Of a stretch of 64,000 bases of DNA, positions 59,864 to 64,000 are shown piece after piece. Position 1 is the first letter of the stretch, and each line of letters opens with the position of its first letter. The DNA is from Candidatus Multivorans sp. (GTDB lineage Bacteria > Acidobacteriota > Thermoanaerobaculia > Multivoradales > Multivoraceae). The notes under the pieces are model-generated. The model searched no databases. It saw only the letters and a program-made list of their open reading frames with translations, and was not told the DNA's origin. The position numbers and the translations under genes are program-made. The stretch covers positions 3,296,001 through 3,360,000 of the forward strand of contig OZ251997.1 in the NCBI GenBank assembly GCA_965247095.1. The letters run 5' to 3'.

Positions 59864-61219
59864 CTACGCGCCGACGGCCTTGCGCACCATCGAGAACCGG
59901 TCCCCCAGCCATCCCTCGAGCCGCCCGCCGCCGCTGACGACGGTCTCCTCCCGCCGCGGGCCGGAGGAGATGAGATCCGCGCTCGCGTCGAGTTCCTGTT
60001 CCAGGAAGTCGATGTAGTCGAGCGCGGCCTGCGGCAGCTCGCTGCGGTCGAGGACCCGTCGCGTGTCCTGCTTCCAGCCGGGGAAAGTGCGGTAGACGGG
60101 CTCGGCGCCGGCCAGACGCGAGGTCACGGCTGGCAGATCCCGGACCACCTCGCCGCCGATCCGGTAGGCGACGCAGACCTTGAGTTCGTCGAGCTCGTCG
60201 AGCACGTCGATCTTGGTCAGCGCCAGGCAGCGGGCGCCGTTGACGCGGGCGGCGTGGCGCAGGACGACCAGGTCGAGCCAGCCGCAGCGCCGGGGTCGAC
60301 CGGTCGTGGTGCCGAACTCGTGACCGCGGTCGCGGAGGTGAGCGCCGGCGTCGTCCAGGAGCTCAGTGGGCATCGGCCCCTCGCCGACCCGGGTCGTGTA
60401 GGCCTTGACCACCCCGATCGCGCCGTCGATCGCCGTTGGCGGCACCCCGCTGCCCACGGCCGCTCCACCGGCCGTGGAGTTCGAGCTCGTGACGTAGGGG
60501 TAGGTTCCGTGGTCGACATCCAGCAGAGCGCCCTGCGCGCCCTCGAACAACACCCTGCCTCCCCGCCCGATCAGATCGTTCAGTTCGACCGACACGTCGC
60601 ATAGGTAGGGCGCCAGGCGCTCCGCCCAGCCGGCGAATTTCGTCTCGGCGTCCTTCGGGTCCAACTGTGCTCCTTCCGCTGCGGCCCGCTCGAAGTCGGC
60701 GACGCGCACGATCTGGCGGTGCAGCATCTCCTCGCCTCCGGCGGCGAGCTCCGCCAGGCGGATGCCGGTGCGGCTGACCTTGCTCTCGTAGGCCGGACCG
60801 ATGCCCTTGGCGGTGGTGCCGATGCGGTCCGCGCCCCGCGCCTCTTCACGGATGTGATCGAGAGCGACATGGACCGGCGTCAGGGCGTGGGCGCGGTCGG
60901 ACAGCCGCAGCCGCCCGGAAGTTTGGACGCCGCGTTGCTCGAGTTGGGTGACCTCGCGCAGGAAGGCGTCCGGGTCGATCACCATCCCGTTGCCGAGGTA
61001 GCAGGCCATGCCCGGGTGCAGGATGCCGGACGGGATCAGGTGCAGGGCGAAGTGCTCGTCGCCTTCGCCGCTGCCGAACTTCACCGTATGGCCGGCATTG
61101 TTGCCGCCCTGGAAACGGACCACGGCGTCGAAGGCGGGGCACAGAAGGTCGATGATCTTCCCCTTGCCCTCGTCGCCCCACTGCATGCCGACGACGACTA
61201 CGTTGAACGCGACTGTCAC
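59864..61219 (-). CDS. purA: adenylosuccinate synthetase
   Basis: QWGDEGKGK, GGNNAGHT, EGAQG, GTYPYVTSS and GTTTGRPRRCGW. Probable GTG start at 61219 after GAGGG. Confidence 0.96.
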   Translation of the reverse strand: MTVAFNVVVVGMQWGDEGKGKIIDLLCPAFDAVVRFQGGNNAGHTVKFGSGEGDEHFALHLIPSGILHPGMACYLGNGMVIDPDAFLREVTQLEQRGVQTSGRLRLSDRAHALTPVHVALDHIREEARGADRIGTTAKGIGPAYESKVSRTGIRLAELAAGGEEMLHRQIVRVADFERAAAEGAQLDPKDAETKFAGWAERLAPYLCDVSVELNDLIGRGGRVLFEGAQGALLDVDHGTYPYVTSSNSTAGGAAVGSGVPPTAIDGAIGVVKAYTTRVGEGPMPTELLDDAGAHLRDRGHEFGTTTGRPRRCGWLDLVVLRHAARVNGARCLALTKIDVLDELDELKVCVAYRIGGEVVRDLPAVTSRLAGAEPVYRTFPGWKQDTRRVLDRSELPQAALDYIDFLEQELDASADLISSGPRREETVVSGGGRLEGWLGDRFSMVRKAVGA

Positions 61220-61364
61220 GAATCCCTCGCTAGTCCCATGACCGACCCTGCGCCTCAAAAGTCGCCAAGTCCGGCTCCTTCCAGCAACTCGTGTTTCGCC
61301 CCCATCGCGCCGACGCGGGGGAGCGCGACCCTAGCAGCGACGCGCTGCCGTATCATCCGGGTTT

Positions 61365-63224
61365 GTGCGCGAAGGTCCGCAGGCGGCCCCGGCAAGCGGT
61401 GCGACCCTCGCCGTCTGGCGGCGCGACTCGACAATCGGCCTGTGGTCCGGTGCGTTGCTGTTCGGGGGGCCCATCTCGGTCGCCCACCTTCTGCACAACC
61501 GGGTCGAGAGTCCGGTCACGGCGCTCGCGTCGCTGGTCCTGTTTGCGCTGCTCTACGGCTGCGGGGTCGGAGCGGTGCTGGGCGCTCTCGGCTGGCTGTT
61601 GCGGGTGGCGGCGTTCCCCCGCTTCAGGCTCACCGGCGACCCGGTGGTCTGGGCCGCTTGCCTCCTGAACCTGGCCGTCTTTCAACCGGTCGTCTTCTAC
61701 GGCCTGACCTACGAGCAGGTTCCCTGGTTCGAGCCGCGGACATACGGCGCCATGGCGGTGTTCCTGATCGCCGCCGGCATCGTGCTGGGCAGCGTCGTCT
61801 GGCTGGCGACGCTGATGGTCGCCGCCGGTGTCCGGCGTCTTGCGGCCGGCGGACAGCTTCGGCGGCTCGTGGCCGCTGCCGCGGCAGTCCTCGTGGCCGT
61901 TCACGTGGCGCTGCCGATCGCGTTCCGGCTCCTGGCCGAGACGAACGCGGCGCCGTTCGACCCGGCGAAGCTGGTTGCCCATCCCGCGCCGCCGGTTGCG
62001 CTGTTGGGCTTCGACGGCATGGACCCGGATCTTCTTCTGGAGCTGATCGACGACGACCAGTTGCCGAACCTGGCCGACTTCGTCGAGAACGGGACCCTCG
62101 GCCGTCTCGAAACGTTCCCCGGCGCCAACTCGGCCGTGATCTGGGCCTCGCTCTATACCGGCGAAGCGCCCGACCGCCACCGCGTCCACGACTTCTACCG
62201 CGTCCGCTTTCCCGGTTCCGGCGCCGGACTGTTCCCGGTCCACCGCACCTATTTCAAGGAGTTGGTCGATCTCCTCGCCTGGGCGCCTGGGATCTCGCGG
62301 CGCTTCGTCAACCGCCTCGATCTGCCGTCGCCACCCGTCTGGGAGATCGCGGACCGGGCGGGTGTTCCGACCGCCGTCGTCGACGGCTACTTCTACTCCT
62401 TCCCCGCCCAGCCACAGCTCGATCCGGGAAGCCGACTGCTCGCCTACGGCTTGAACGACACGCTGGCGAGTCCTGGGAACGCGGGCGTCTCGCCCGCATC
62501 TGGCGCGGAGTCTTCGCTCTCGACGACCAGGGCCTGGTTCGCCCAGCCGCCCGATCTGCCCCCGGAAGTCGAGGCGGCGGCGGCCGGCCAGCCGGACCTC
62601 GCGTGGCAAAGCCGGGCGGCCGTGGCGCTGCTCGAAGGCCGTGCGCGCCGCGGCCAGGTGCCGCCCCGCTTCTTCAGTCTCTACACCCACGAGCCGGACA
62701 CCGTTTCGCACCAGCGCTGGCGCTGGTCCGAGCCGGAGCGGTTTCCCTTCGTGTCGCCGACCGGCATCGACGACCACGGCGAGGCGGTGGCGGATGTCTA
62801 CCGGCGGATCGACGCCCTGGTCGGCGAGCTGCGGCGCGCCCTCGGCCCCGAGACGGTCTTCGTGATCGCCTCGGACCATGGCCAGGCGCCGACCTTCGTC
62901 CATCGTCTCTACACTCAGCACCGGCACGGGCCGGACGGCGTTCTGCTGCTCCACGGGCTCGGCGTCCGCCGCGGTCACCGGCTCGACAGCAGCCAGGTGC
63001 TGGATGTCTTCCCAACCGTCCTGGCACTGCTCGGCCTGCCCGTACCGGCCGATGCCGAGGGCAGGGTGCTCGCGGAGGCGTTCGAGGTTCCTGCCGACCT
63101 CGACTCCAGTGCCCGGATCGCGACCTACCGCGGCGCCTGGCAGCCCGTCAACACGGTCGGCGGTCGCGACGTCGAACGCACGCGTAAGGAGATCGAGCGC
63201 CTCAAGGCGATGGGCTACCTGTAG
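61365..63224 (+). CDS. membrane-anchored alkaline phosphatase-superfamily (NPP/phosphodiesterase-like) protein
   Basis: About 5 N-terminal TM segments, GFDGMD, SAVIWASLYTG, EPDTVSH, IASDHG, DVFPTVL and RLKAMGYL. Confidence 0.8.
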   Translation: MREGPQAAPASGATLAVWRRDSTIGLWSGALLFGGPISVAHLLHNRVESPVTALASLVLFALLYGCGVGAVLGALGWLLRVAAFPRFRLTGDPVVWAACLLNLAVFQPVVFYGLTYEQVPWFEPRTYGAMAVFLIAAGIVLGSVVWLATLMVAAGVRRLAAGGQLRRLVAAAAAVLVAVHVALPIAFRLLAETNAAPFDPAKLVAHPAPPVALLGFDGMDPDLLLELIDDDQLPNLADFVENGTLGRLETFPGANSAVIWASLYTGEAPDRHRVHDFYRVRFPGSGAGLFPVHRTYFKELVDLLAWAPGISRRFVNRLDLPSPPVWEIADRAGVPTAVVDGYFYSFPAQPQLDPGSRLLAYGLNDTLASPGNAGVSPASGAESSLSTTRAWFAQPPDLPPEVEAAAAGQPDLAWQSRAAVALLEGRARRGQVPPRFFSLYTHEPDTVSHQRWRWSEPERFPFVSPTGIDDHGEAVADVYRRIDALVGELRRALGPETVFVIASDHGQAPTFVHRLYTQHRHGPDGVLLLHGLGVRRGHRLDSSQVLDVFPTVLALLGLPVPADAEGRVLAEAFEVPADLDSSARIATYRGAWQPVNTVGGRDVERTRKEIERLKAMGYL

Positions 63225-63282
63225 CTGACCGCTTCGGTTGGGTGAAGCGGTCGCCGTCCTTCGTTTCGCGCAGAATAGGCCC

Positions 63283-64000
63283 ATGTCCACCGTCCGGCAG
63301 GCACTCGAGCAACTCGACCGCGAGGGGGCTGGGAAGTCCATGATGGACCTTGCCGCCGAGTTCTACCCGATCCGCCGCAGCCTGACCGGCGACGGCGTCC
63401 GCGCCACGCTCGAGCGGATCGGCCGGCGGATCCCGCTCCAACTACACGAACTCGCCACCGGCACGAAGGTGCTCGACTGGACCGTGCCGCGCGAGTGGAA
63501 TCCGCGCGCGGCCTGGATCCGGGATCTCTCGGGGCGCCGGATCGTCGACTTCGCTGATCACAACCTGCACCTCGTGGGCTACAGCGTCCCGGTCCACCGC
63601 CGGATGACGCTCGACGAGCTGCGTCTCCACCTGCACAGCCTGCCGGAGCAACCCGACCTGATCCCGTACCGCACCTCCTACTACGAGGAGGGATGGGGCT
63701 TCTGCATGCCCCACCAACTCCTCGAATCTCTCCCGGACGGGGAGTACGAAGTGTTCATCGACGCCTCGCTCGAAGACGGCTCGATGACCTGGGGCGAGTG
63801 CCTGCTGCCGGGGTCAAGCGCCGAAGAGGTGGTGATCTCCAGCCACGTCTGCCATCCCCAACTGGCCAACGACAACCTCTCCGGGATCGCGGTCGCGGTC
63901 CATCTCGCGGAGGCCCTGGCCGACGTCTCGGAGCGCCGCTACAGCTACCGCTTCCTGTTCGCCCCGGGCGGCATCGGCGCGATCGCCTGGCTGGCGCAGA
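63283..64000 (+). CDS. DUF4910-like aminopeptidase-fold protein (3' end outside window)
   Basis: ATG 63283 gives ...FYPIRRSLTGDGVRATL, VLDWTVPREW, NLHLVGYS, IPYRTSYY..WGFC and SHVCHPQLANDNLSG. Confidence 0.82.
   Translation, partial: MSTVRQALEQLDREGAGKSMMDLAAEFYPIRRSLTGDGVRATLERIGRRIPLQLHELATGTKVLDWTVPREWNPRAAWIRDLSGRRIVDFADHNLHLVGYSVPVHRRMTLDELRLHLHSLPEQPDLIPYRTSYYEEGWGFCMPHQLLESLPDGEYEVFIDASLEDGSMTWGECLLPGSSAEEVVISSHVCHPQLANDNLSGIAVAVHLAEALADVSERRYSYRFLFAPGGIGAIAWLAQ

Overview
High-GC bacterial chromosomal window, mostly core genes. Gene content and order suggest Acidobacteriota, possibly a marine or host-associated Thermoanaerobaculia-like lineage (inference only). In order: M20 dipeptidase, CYTH protein and nucleotidyltransferase; thrA-asd-thrB-thrC; ppiD-ruvA-ruvB; mreBCD-mrdA-rodA-rng running into a Kdo/WaaP-like kinase::glycoside-hydrolase-fold fusion, wzm/wzt and DUF3467; acyl-CoA ligase, yggS, zinc-ribbon protein and tRNA-Ile2(CAT); rpsU, a 23-bp VNTR, mutS2, dnaG, rpoD and tRNA-Asn; pckA, acs and an AI-2E transporter; a frameshifted FGE-like gene, a steroid 5-alpha-reductase-like gene and vapBC; a full Rrf2-sufBCDSUT operon with a coupled secreted DUF442-like protein; tkt; a decaying accessory patch (pseudogenes, PQQ dehydrogenase, sulfatase) ending at tRNA-Lys; purA; and the start of a probable surface-glycan cluster. 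The best candidate for an undescribed system is the kinase::GH fusion plus Wzm/Wzt(CBM) module. Other notable signals are repeated -10 boxes just upstream of start codons (leaderless mRNAs), four perfect hairpins between ruvA and ruvB, and two ~23-bp tandem repeats at stop codons. No CRISPR array, integrase, transposase or reverse transcriptase was seen. Family assignments come from motif recognition by eye, not database searches.
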